Shown here: in pieces, positions 1-11,348 of the stretch | Layout of the letters: each line of letters starts with the position of its first letter | Position numbering within the stretch: position 1 is the first letter of the stretch | Assembly: GCA_032718475.1 (NCBI GenBank) | Contig: JAUCBJ010004713.1 | Coordinates: forward strand, 1 to 51,067 | Reading direction: 5' to 3' | Source of the DNA: Nemertoderma westbladi | Lineage: Eukaryota > Animalia > Xenacoelomorpha | DNA: 51,067 nucleotides | Made by a program: the position numbers and the translations under genes | Notes under the pieces: model-generated | Seen by the model: the letters and a program-made list of their open reading frames with translations, nothing else | What the model was told of the DNA's origin: nothing | The model's database searches: none

Positions 1-1742
1 ATACCTGAATTAAACGATTAATTTATTATATATTAAAAAAGGCCTCCAGCGAACGAGTATGTTTGCACTATATGAACGACTAGATATGAGTGAACTAGTT
101 CTAACTCCCAACGTAACTAAGACACAGACATCTTACGCAATTAATATTCCATTATAATTGCTTGTAAAATATTCTAATGATCTAACAGTAGGTACACACC
201 ATCGTCGAGCTTTGAAAATGAATTAGGCCCAGTTTTTAATGCGATGTAATTTGCATGAGATATTCCCCTAAATCAATAACATTGCTTTATAATAAACCTG
301 AGATAAGGGAATGTAAATCTTCCTGGCGATATGTTGTTATCTCTAGACGGTGTGCATTACACCACGAGATCCCCCTCTGTCGTGAAACAGCGGGGGCGAT
401 TGCATTAAGCTAATGCACATGCACACACAAGCATTACCAAGAAAAGCCAAGAAGCTATATAGCAGTTACCTTCTTATATGCATTGCATGCATGCAGGCCT
501 GCCTTCCTGCTAGCAATTGATAGGGCAAGCAGGGCGGGAGAGAGAGTGTGTGGTTGTTGTAGCAGCATTGCTAATGAGTTAGAATGCTATCGGTAGGCAT
601 ATGTTGTGAATTAACCGTCATATAGAGAGAGTAATTTGCTTGGTGTAATTGTAATGTATCAGCCGTATAGAAACACCTGTGGGTGAGTTACTTCGGGTAT
701 ATTGTATAAAGAAGTGGGAATAAGAATGCCGTCGGTGGATATATTGGTGGGCGCGGCTTACGAAAATGGCAATGTCAACAACTCGAAAGGCCGAGTAAAC
801 ATAGATAGAGATGTAACAACTCGAAAGGCCGGGTAAACATAGATGTCTTCTCCCCAAACATCTTCGTGTCAATCTTAATCAGAAAATTGTATATTAATTA
901 AGTTGTTATAAAAAATCTCGAATTTAGAAGTTCGAAGTTGTGAAACTGACGAATAACAAACAAAATTATGTGCAAAAAATTACCATGACCACGATTTTCA
1001 CCTGTCTGTGTAACTGTGATACTATATTCTGTCAAATATAATATCAAAATTAATTTAAAGAAATACAAATTAATTTTCTCTTTGTTGACTTTTTCACCAC
1101 AAGTGACCATTGGTATTGACAGACATAGTTTGGCGGTTCCTTAGCGAAATATAGGATAATGTTCTGCCCAATCTGATAGGTGGCATAACAGATTAGTAAA
1201 GAAGTTGGCCACCGAAAATGTGATTATTTAAGATCAATCCTCTCTCGAGAAGATGGTTCCTTATCATTATTACAGTAGTGCATTGGTAGAATTCAGTTAG
1301 TACTTTTATGTTTAGTAGGTGATATTTATAACAGCTGATATTATAAAACCTTTTAATCAAGATTGTATACCCTGGCCGCTGCCACAGCAGCCCAATAAGC
1401 AAATAATTAATATATAATTGATCGCACTTATCAATCTTGGTATACCACCGGTATTGTATTATATAAATAAAGGCCGTATTTCTGACGATGTGTGCCCAAT
1501 AACTATATCGATTAGATTTGATTGAACTTGGATGCGTATCGTAGAATAAGGCCTCGTGCAGGGCCATACCCACTGTTACCAACAGTGGGTCACAGATTGC
1601 TTCGTAATGGCTATCAATGTAAGACAGTAATGAGAAGGAATTTCAAATTAATAAGAATTGCTCTTCAACTACAAAATGATAATTTCATGACGCATATTTG
1701 TTATCAAATAAGTGAATTGTAGTTGATCAACTTTAACGAATG

Positions 1743-1858
1743 ATATTGTAATAAGTTGTTCAGAAATGGAAAAAATGAGAAAGCGCGTCACCGCGGGTTG
1801 AACCGGTGACGCGCTTTCTCCTTTTTTCCGTTTCTGAACAACTTATTTATTACAATAT
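1743..1858. repeat. Fold-back inverted repeat (~50-bp arms, ~10-nt loop)
   Basis: ATATTGTAATAAGTTGTTCAGAAA...GCGCGTCACCG pairs with CGGTGACGCGC...TTTCTGAACAACTTATTTATTACAATAT; 2 mismatches and one 4-nt indel. Confidence 0.92.
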
Positions 1859-2053
1859 TATTTACCAAATATAAACATTACTCAATGGGAGCCACTATTG
1901 AAACAAATTGGCAGAAACTGAACGCCATAACCAATACAGATGCCAAAGACTTGTCAACCCAATTCAGGAAAGCTATGAGAGGTCTAGCAAGAGTGGACAA
2001 TTACATAAGAAACTAAGTATTAGTAAATCTCTGTAGACTATAGACCCGGTCAC

Positions 2054-3211
2054 GGTGTTCGGACACTTCCCCCCCGGACACTTCCCCCCCGGACACTTCC
2101 CCCCCGGACAGTTCCCCCCCGCTGAAGTAGGACACTTCCCCCCCCCAGACACTTCCCCCCCGGACACTTCCCCCCCGACTGTTCTTAACTTCGCACATTC
2201 GTATTTTTCATTTTGTAAGGTAAACGGACCGCTTGTATCCAGATAAGTTGTATCCAATTTTCCTTTCGTAGCTCAGAAAGTGATCTTTTGCATCCCGATT
2301 TTACATTTTATATCCAAGTTTTATTTATGGGTTTTATCAATGCAATTACATCGTATTGTTTGCTAATCTTTAAACAATTAATTATATTAGATGACCTATA
2401 AATTCCATCCCCGGAATGATATACTGTTTTTATTAACTATAAAATTATAATAATTAATTGTTTTAATTATAGATATTATTATGTAATAGTCTTCTTCAAA
2501 TTGTAGCAGATGGGGATGAATATTATTGTTGCAATCAAAATTATACCTCTCCAGGGTAAAATCGACATGCGTCGACCTGTATTCTGTGTTCAGCATTACA
2601 TATTGATATGGATATTACTATATACATACTATAGAGATATTATACACACTACATATTAAATTTCCTGGTTACATTCAATATTTTTAATAGGATTTTGTTG
2701 AATTATATAATATTGTAGTAATTTATATATTAATTTGGTTAACATTCAATACAGCTCCTACTTTAGGCTTAGTCAATTTATTATCTGATGATACAAACAT
2801 GAATTAATTATTTCAAAGTGGTCTTAAGTCTTTCACCACGGGCACTCAGGGAAATGCCGGGGTCTGGGGGCGATAACCGCCAAGAAAAGAAGCGGGGGTT
2901 TGGGGGCGGCAGCCCCCAAGAAAATACGCGGGGGTTTGGGGGCGGCAGCCCCCAATTAAAAGAAATTAAAAGAATTAAAGGAATTAAAAGAAAAACAAAC
3001 AAAACGTTTCTTTTATAATTTTGAAAAAACTTGTCTAGATACAACTTGTCCTGTAACCATCTTTAACTTTTGTTTATTGCTTTGATGCACCCAGATTAAT
3101 TTTAACACTTTAACTGGGGGGGGAGTGTCCGGGGGCAAGTGTCCGGGGGGGGGGGGGAAGTGTCCGGGGGGGAAGTGTCCTACTTGGGCGGGGGGGAAGT
3201 GTCCTAGATCC
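2054..3211. mobile_element. Non-autonomous TIR DNA transposon, Mutator(MULE)-like
   Basis: Inverted arrays of GGACACTTCCCCCCC at both ends (2054-2180, 3115-3211). Flanking direct repeat CCGGTCAC at 2046-2053 and 3212-3219 (8 bp, 9 if the boundary shifts). Internal GGGGGCGGCAGCCCCC hairpins at 2901-2953. Superfamily is inferred from TSD length and repeat-rich TIRs. Confidence 0.8.
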
Positions 3212-3368
3212 CCGGTCACACATAAATCTTGAGAGATGTCGAAATACATATAACTCTCTTAACAGCCCGAATAGGAAGATCAGGTGCCTATATCAAAACG
3301 CTTTTTAACAAAACATCTAACTGGTCTAAGGAATTGTCAATCTTTCAAAAACGATTAATTATCAGAAT

Positions 3369-3410
<42 letters not shown>

Positions 3411-3765
3411 GCTTGGGAACAAGACCTACCATTCTTGATGTCTCTAGCAACACATCGGATATGAAATAAAGCAATTAGTTCACCAACACACAACAACCAA
3501 AATGTCAATATACTTCACCAATACCCCACTCCATACGCAATCCGACACGATATATTACTGGATATGTTTCAGCCAGAAATAAACTCATATACTTTCCTAC
3601 GATCCGGCCTTTTATTCCGATATAGTGATAGTATCGGTCACAAATAATTATATTGCTCAGATTGAGGTGCTGATTTTATAAATGACTTTATGTATTTTAC
3701 ATGTTTTACTTAATATAGCCGCCGGTGGCGTAAGTCCGGGTGAATATATATAAATAAGCGCTCCC

Positions 3766-4020
3766 AACGCGAAATAACGTACTAAATGATTCCACTTACC
3801 TCCCAGAACCAACTGAACGCGAAATAACGTACTAAATGATTCCACTTACCTCCCAGAACCAACTGAACGCGAAATAACGTACTAAATGATTCCACTTACC
3901 TCCCAGAACCAACTGAACGCGAAATAACGTACTAAATGATTCCACTTACCCCCCAGAACCAACTGAACGCGAAATAACGTACTAAATGATTCCACTTACC
4001 TCCCAGAACCAACTGAACGC
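3766..4020 (-). repeat. 50-bp tandem repeat x5 built from the exon G 3' end + splice donor
   Basis: Minus-strand unit GCGTTCAGTTGGTTCTGGGAG|GTAAGTGGAATCATTTAGTACGTTATTTC (21 exonic + 29 intronic nt); copies near-identical. Confidence 0.97.
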
Positions 4021-4188
4021 TGGCCTGTCTGCTGTGTTTTTGGTTACTGACGAAGCACTGCCAGGTCCCAGTGTGGCCGCGATCCATTTTGTCGATGTGT
4101 AGTGTGTAGTCGTCATCCACGGTTACCCCTAGCAACGTGTTCACCGGATGACTGTCCTTCATCCAAAACACGGAAACAATAGGATGAC
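4000..4188 (-). CDS. Dscam: Dscam-like exon G: remainder of Ig4
   Basis: Flanked by ttattttAG and GTAAGT; 189 nt, phase 1 to 1. (G)HPIVSVFWMKDSHPV...LHIDKMDRGHTGTWQCFVSNQKHSRQASVQLVLG matches the Dscam Ig4 end G.YQCFV.N...S.QAS..L.LG. Confidence 0.92.
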
Positions 4189-4263
4189 CTAAAATAAGAA
4201 AGTAAATATACTTTCAGGGTTGAGCGCGTTGTACCTCGAGACAAATAGATACCAGATCCCTTG

Positions 4264-5997
4264 AACTCACCAACTATACGACACTTCAGTTCCACTGACC
4301 GACCGACTAAACTTACCGACTATACGACACTTTAGTTCCACTGACTGACCGACTAAACTTACCGACTATTCGGCACTTTAGTGCCACTGACTGACCGACT
4401 AAACTTACCGACTATACGACACTTTAGTTCCACTGACCGACCGACTAAACTTACCGACTATACGACACTTTAGTTCCACTGACTGACCGACTAAACTTAC
4501 CGACTATACGACACTTTAGTTCCACTGACTGACCGACTAAACTTACCGACTATACGACACTTTAGTGCCACTGACCGACCGACTAAACTTACCGACTATT
4601 CGACACTTTAGTTCCACTGACTGACCGACTAAACTTACCGACTATTCGGCACTTTAGTGCCACTGACTGACCGACTAAACTTACCGACTATACGACACTT
4701 TAGTTCCACTGACCGACCGACTAAACTTACCGACTATACGACACTTTAGTTCCACTGACTGACCGACTAAACTTACCGACTATACGACACTTTAGTTCCA
4801 CTGACTGACCGACTAAACTTACCGACTATACGACACTTTAGTGCCACTGACCGACCGACTAAACTTACCGACTATTCGACACTTTAGTGCCACTGACCGA
4901 CCGACTAAACTTACCGACTATTCGGCACTTTAGAGCCACTGATTGACCGACTAAACTTACCGACTATACGACACTTGAGTTCCACTGACCGACCAACTAA
5001 ACTTACCGACTATACGACACTTTAGTTCCACTGACTGACCGACTAAACTTACCGAATATACGACACTTTAGTTCCACTGACCGACCAACTAAACTTACCG
5101 ACTATACGACACTTTAGTTCCACTGACTGACCGACTAAACTTACCGACTATACGACACTTTAGTTCCACTGACTGACCGACTAAACTTACCGACTATACG
5201 ACACTTTAGTTCCACTGACTGACCGACTAAACTTACCGACTATACGACACTTTAGTGCCACTGACCGACCAACTAAACTTACCGACTATACGACACTTTA
5301 GTTCCACTGACTGACCGACTAAACTTACCGACTATACGACACTTTAGTTACACTGACTGACCGACTAAACTTACCGACTATACGACACTTTAGTGCCACT
5401 GACCGACCGACTAAACTTACCGACTATTCGACACTTTAGTGCCACTGACCGACCGACTAAACTTACCGACTATTCGGCACTTTAGAGCCACTGATTGACC
5501 GACTAAACTCACCGACTATACGACACTTGAGTTCCACTGACCGACCAACTAAACTTACCGACTATACGACACTTTAGTTCCACTGACTGACCGACTAAAC
5601 TTACCGACTATACGACAATTTAGTGCCACTGACCGACCAACTAAACTCACCAACTATACGACACTTGAGTTCCACTGACCGACCGACTAAACTTACCGAC
5701 TATTCGGCACTTTAGTTCCACTGACTGACCGACTAAACTTACCGACTATACGACACTTTAGTGCCACTGACCGACCAACTAAACTTACCGACTATTCGAC
5801 ACTTTAGTGCCACTGACCGACCAACTAAACTTACCGACTATTCGGCACTTTAGTTCCACTGACCGACCAACTAAACTTACCGACTATTCGGCACTTTAGT
5901 GCCACTGACTTACCGACTAAACTTACCGACTATACGACACTTTAGTGCCATTGACTGACCGACTAAACTTACCGACTATACGACACTTGAGTTCCAC
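4264..5997 (-). repeat. 46-bp tandem repeat x~37 built from the exon F 3' end + splice donor
   Basis: Minus-strand unit GTGGAACTAAAGTGTCGTATAGTCG|GTAAGTTTAGTCGGTCAGTCA (25 + 21 nt), with point variants. Confidence 0.97.
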
Positions 5998-6181
5998 GGG
6001 TTCTCCGGCATCGAATGATCTATGACTGCTCCCTGGTATCTCGATTTCTAGAGGCCCTTCCACCTTCAGCTCAGTTGTCGCCTCTGCGAATCCCATTGAG
6101 TTTCGGACTTCGCAATGATACACACCAGCGTCGGTCTCTGTCGTCGTGTTTATCTTCAATATCCCGCTAGTCATATTGTGT
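5973..6181 (-). CDS. Dscam: Dscam-like exon F: C-half of Ig3 + start of Ig4
   Basis: Flanked by ttctcaccAG and GTAAGT; 209 nt, phase 2 to 1. HNMTSGILKINTTTETDAGVYHCEVRNSMGFAEATTELKVEGPLEIEIPGSSHRSFDAGEPVELKCRIV has D.G.Y.C...N..G. Confidence 0.92.
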
Positions 6182-6363
6182 CTGGTGAGAAAATATTATG
6201 AATGAATGATTCCTATGATTGATTGTTTCAACTTAGATTAAGGATAAACATTTACTCAATGACAATGATTGATTATCTCAGAGTGACAATCTCTACCGAG
6301 GTATTGTCTAATTATTGGGCGTCATTTATTGTTACCATTTTTCATTCTGTTTGAACTTTTGGT

Positions 6364-6709
6364 TTCGGTTCCATCAAATCGGTTTCAGTACACCATCCTT
6401 GGTAAAGTGATAGTTTATTGTTTTGGTTAGAAAAGCCCATCTCTGTAACCTGCTTCTTTCACTCAATTGGTAAAGTGGTCGTTTATTGTTTTGGTTAGAA
6501 AATCCCGCCTCTGTAACCTGCTCCTTTCCCTCAATTGGTAAAGTGATCGTTTATTGTTTTGGTTAGAAAATCCCGCCTCTGTAACCTGCTCCTCCCCCTC
6601 AATTGGTATATATCATGTACATGTACACCAGTACAGTACATCAGAAAATTAACGGGTTTTGAAACTTCAAAAAATTCCTAAGTGGTTGTACTGAAACTAA
6701 TTTTACCCG
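6364..6709. mobile_element. MITE-like element with three internal 68-bp repeats
   Basis: Imperfect inverted ends GTTTCAGTACA (6382) and TGTACTGAAAC (6687). 68-bp period at 6399/6467/6535/6603. Shares GTTTATTGTTTTGGTTAGA with the CCCATGTGAAG family. Confidence 0.6.
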
Positions 6710-7091
6710 AACTTTTATGAGATATGAGATAAGCAGTAGAGCAGCAGTTGAAATTATCGAGGGAGCGCAACGAGGGATGGTAAAATGTTATGTAATACTG
6801 ACACTACAGGCACAGTTAGTCGCACAGCGGACACATAACCTCTTCCCCCACTGCTCCATTGCAGACTTCATCGCTGTTTAACGACACAATAATAGCATTT
6901 AATAAACTTAAACGTTGTATTTAATATAATCCATTAATTTCGAGTATTTGTGACAAATAGAGCCAACCCTAAGTAGTTATATACTAACGCTAGAACAGTT
7001 GATTGGGTAAATTGATGTCAGTAAATCATTCAAATAAAATATAGATTGCATTTTTTAATACAATTTAATTGTAGTTTTCTTTATTCAATTT

Positions 7092-7368
7092 GGCCCATGT
7101 GAAGAATACCAGACTTTCTGCCGTTATATTTCACTTTGCAGTTACCCCCATGTGAAGAATACCAGGTTTTCACCAAAAACACAGGTTACACAAGGGCTGA
7201 ATCTAACCAAAACAATAAACGAATTAGTATATGTACAGGTTATAAGACAGAAATAAGCGCTATAAAACACTTAATAAAGATAAATTAAAAAAATAAAAAA
7301 TCTTCATATATAAAATTCCAATAAAAAGTCGACCGAAAAGTTAAATCCTGGTATTATTCACATGGGCG
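7092..7368 (+). mobile_element. MITE of the GCCCATGTGAAGAATACCAG TIR family
   Basis: ~20-bp TIRs GCCCATGTGAAGAATACCAG ... CTGGTATTATTCACATGGGC; homologous copies elsewhere in the window. Confidence 0.85.
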
Positions 7369-7453
7369 TTAGTATTTAGGGTTTGGATAAGCCACCGGCA
7401 AGCAAATAAGAAAGGTAAGTTAGATAGATCGATAATATAGTCAAGTAACTCAC

Positions 7454-7607
7454 CGAACTGTGAATGTAATATTTTCTCCATCCTTCGTCCAATGGTGGGT
7501 TGGTTTAGGGGAGCCGGAAGCGACACAAGGGATCTCAGCTCCCTCACCCTCCTTGACTTCGACCACAGACCTCGTGTACAATATCTCGGGTTTATTGTTG
7601 ATTGTCT
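7454..7607 (-). CDS. Dscam: Dscam-like exon E: N-terminal half of Ig3
   Basis: Flanked by ccttgccAG and GTGAGT; 154 nt, phase 1 to 2. (E)TINNKPEILYTRSVVEVKEGEGAEIPCVASGSPKPTHHWTKDGENITFTV(R) has the canonical C.ASG.P.P...W.KDG. Confidence 0.92.
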
Positions 7608-9256
7608 CTGGCAAGGGAGATGATAAAAACAGATCAATATCGAGGAGTAACAGAAAGGGGAAGATTCGCGGTATTCTTCTAATATTAAACATAGTACTTC
7701 ACAGTTGTAACAATACAATGGGGCACAAATACAGGGGGTTCTTTATTCAATGACCATTACCAATAATCAATCATTATTTAGTCTTTATAATAATAAGATT
7801 TCAATTAATCCTTTACATTTTGGAGAAGTTAAATTCTGGAATTTTACTAATCAAATATAAGTAATAATATAAGAAAATAAGAAATTGAAACTAAGTTGTA
7901 ACCAGGAATAAGGTTGATATAATATGAATCATAAACACTATTCATTCATGTACTGCAAAACATATTGATTCATTTTTTAACAAATTAATCATTGATTATT
8001 TATTTTATTATTGTAAAAAAAAACAGTTTATAAATTATAACCAATCCTATTTACACTAAATTACTGCCACGCTTAAATGTTAAATATAAATGTAACCTCA
8101 CAATGCTCATTTGTATATTTAATAATAAAATAAATAAATAAGCAAATAGTTAATAAAATATGAATTACTTATTATATTTCTTAGAAGCTGGTTGGGTAAT
8201 GAGCCACCAGTGGTAGAGCTTTTATGTTATAAACATAGAGCCTGGATGCTGGGCAGGGAGGAATAGTATGGTCTCTTAGCAACCACAGGAAGTAGGTTAG
8301 AAGGCAGCTGTGGACTCCTGGCAGTGGCAGAGGATGTAAACAGATATTCAGTTTGTGCAGCAAGGGCTAACCCTTCTGCATTCCTATTGGTCAGCGGCAA
8401 TAAGGCTGAAGTGGGGGGGACAGGCGCGCTGGTAAGGAGCAAGCAGGATGCCATAACTAACAAAGGTTAATATATAATAATTTATAATTTATGTATGAAT
8501 ATTTTAAGTACATTCTTTTCAAATAATGTATAATGATGTACAGGAACTACTCTATTAATATGGGTGGGGGGGCTGTTAAACTCTGTTCCCATGAAATGCA
8601 GGCCCTTTATCGAAAGAGGGACAGCGTAAAACACCAATATTGAATAACTACTACTACTAGGATCAGCAGCTGCATTTTTAAGAATGCTGTGCCGGCTTGT
8701 CGACAAAATTGCGCCGAGTTAAAATCATCTTACCTTACTTTTAAAGTACTTGTTGAGAATGAATGCTCTTTTCTATTAATTTTTCCCCATCCCTTGAAAA
8801 ACAATTTCATCTCGCAAAGATGGCCAGAAGAAAGCCCAAGTCTAAGTCTAAGTGTTAATAATTCCGCGACTTTATAAAACGTTTATAATTATTATAAAAA
8901 AACGAAATTGATTCAAATTCGTGAAAGTAAATTATATCGCATTTGGGGCGCTAACTTAATTCGATGGATAAAAATCCCGTTCCCCGGGCGTAATCAATCA
9001 GGGGGGGGGGGGGGGGGGGGGGCTGAAATGTCAGGGAATTCTTGTAAAAAATTGACAAATCAGTGAAAAGTCAGGGATTGTGATATATAGGGGACATGTG
9101 TCATAAGCGAAATGTAAAAAAAGTGGAATATTAAGTGCACTCTATCATACTACTGTATAATAGATTTGATATGGTTACTGTTATACTATTTAAGAAAAAA
9201 ACGTCTTAAAATGAAAAGTTCAAATTATTGAATTTGGGAGGGGGGGGGGGGGGGGT

Positions 9257-9412
9257 ATGTTGGCCTAGATTTTAGATGTTGGCTTAGATTTTAGATGTTG
9301 GCTTAGATTTTAGATGTTGGCTTAGATTTTAGATGTTGGCTTAGAATTTAGATGTTGGCTTAGATTTTAGATTCTGGCTTAGATTTTAGATGTTGGCTTT
9401 GATTTTAGATGC
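9257..9412. repeat. 19-bp minisatellite x~8
   Basis: Unit ATGTTGGCTTAGATTTTAG, immediately after a poly-G tract. Confidence 0.9.
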
Positions 9413-10399
9413 TGATTCCGCTGTATATCAAAAGGGTATTTGTTTAGAAGAGGGTCATCTATTTTTATAGTGTTTTTAATGTTTCAGTTATGTGAACCCG
9501 ATTGGCGCATGGAATCTCTTGCTAACTTTTCAAAATTAATATAACTTGAATTGGACCCTTTATATATTATATTACAGGAATTACTTATTTGGTGGAGGCG
9601 GGAGATACTGGCGGAAACTTGACCGGAATAAAGATGAGCAACGGTGTGAGTTGCTGACTGACTGCAAATGAGTAATTAAAAACTCACTCACGGTACTAAA
9701 GGCAAAGGAACTCAGACAGCCAGATAGCGAAGAGTAATAAAAATATCGGTAGGTGTGAGCAGGGGCCGTGTGCGTGTGTAGTGAAGATGGCTGATTGCCT
9801 CCAACCAATGTTATACTACCTACTGTATACAGATCAGTACCGGTATAGCATACATCACTGCTGCAGTAGGTGCAATATATGGCTGCGGTACGGGATTTGC
9901 TTACCACCCAAACAGCTTACGATAATCTATTAAGATGAGCTGATCCGAGGGAGGAGAGAATTTCTGTGACGGGCCCGGGGGGCTGCTATACCCGTCAACC
10001 GGGGAGGGTGGGGGGTACCCGTCAACTTTGACATATTCCTGTGGCTCTGCTTCGGAAAAACAGCGAAATTGAGAAATTTATTTTGCTAACAATTATAATT
10101 TGGGAAGACAATTGCGTTTTAAGAAAATCTTACAACTTCTAAACATCGTAATAGTTACACTTTTAATTAGGTTTTAAAAGGTAAGTAAAAATCCTTACCG
10201 GTAGGTACACAATCAGCAGTAGATACCGAACACCCAAACACTGAACAACCAAACCAATGATCAATATACGGCAGTCAGCTGCTCAGCCAGCTGCATCTTC
10301 TCCTCTCAGTTCGTACTCCAGACATCACGGATCACGAACACGATCACGAACAAAAGTTACAGTATTTTAAGTGCCAAAAAGTCAAAAACTTGATATTGT

Positions 10400-10950
10400 A
10401 GGAGCCAATAAATGGCAATCAGCGCTAGATTCGCAAACAATAGACTGGCGAGACTGTTATATATTGCCAAGACAAATACAAGTGATGCCAGATTGAGGAA
10501 TTTTCAAGATTGAGGAATTTTCATTTCAAATTATTACACCGAAGAATACCTACAAAGGTTGACTTACTGCGATACGGTATAGCGTCTGATGATAAATGCA
10601 TGATGCTCTGTGTGATGATAATGAGACACTGATTCACAACTTTTGGCAATGTAGTAAAACACAATGCTTTTTAAATACCTTACTTCAATGGTGGCTCCAA
10701 ACCACAAAATTAGGCACATATTTTTCTAAAAAGGTCTGTGTGCTGGGAATATCAGGGGCGGGAAATAAACTCACGGATTTAGTCTTGTTAATGAGCAGAT
10801 ATTACATCTTCTGCGTTTCTAAAATACTCCCGTATTAAGCTTTATGTTGAGAAATTAAAAAGGGTGTTTCAATTGGAGGAAGGAATATCACTAAAAAGTG
10901 ACAATTATACAGCATTAGGTCAAAATGGGATTCGCTTTATGATTTACTAA
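10400..10950 (+). mobile_element. Decayed L1/Tx1-clade LINE ORF2 C-terminus (zf-RVT region)
   Basis: Frameshifted peptide LRNFHFKLLHRRIPT...GI....KC..C...ETLIHNFWQC with a terminal KW; contains a 17-bp tandem duplication (GATTGAGGAATTTTCA). Confidence 0.75.
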
Positions 10951-11348
10951 AATAATAAAAACAATAAATTATTCTGTTGCTATATTAGGTGAATCATATT
11001 TCCTTGCTTTCTAAAGAAAAAATAAATAGTCGTTGTTTTTTTCGCAGGTTGTAATTTGCAATTTGGAGCCTATGTACCTTTTTGGAACTTAAGTAACCGT
11101 ATGTAATTAGGTAAATTTATCATTGATAGATAATTATTTGTATGTGCGGTAGATAATACATATAGATGTTTATTTTGTATCCTATTTCTTGTTGCATCTG
11201 TTTTCTTGTTGTAACTGTGTTGGTTTCAATAAAGATACTGTAAATGATAACTGTTGTTAATGTATATATATATATATGTATTGTATAAATATATGTGGAG
11301 GAAAAAAAAGAGAATAGTTACTGACTTAGGATGTATGTAGGGTAGGAT

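Noticed and set aside
777-844. Two 29-bp direct repeats with an ACTCG...CGAGT mini-hairpin
   Set aside because: Only two copies and no associated feature; an ordinary local duplication.
1973-3249. GHFPP / GGKCP repeat peptides
   Set aside because: Translations of the subterminal repeats of the TIR element.
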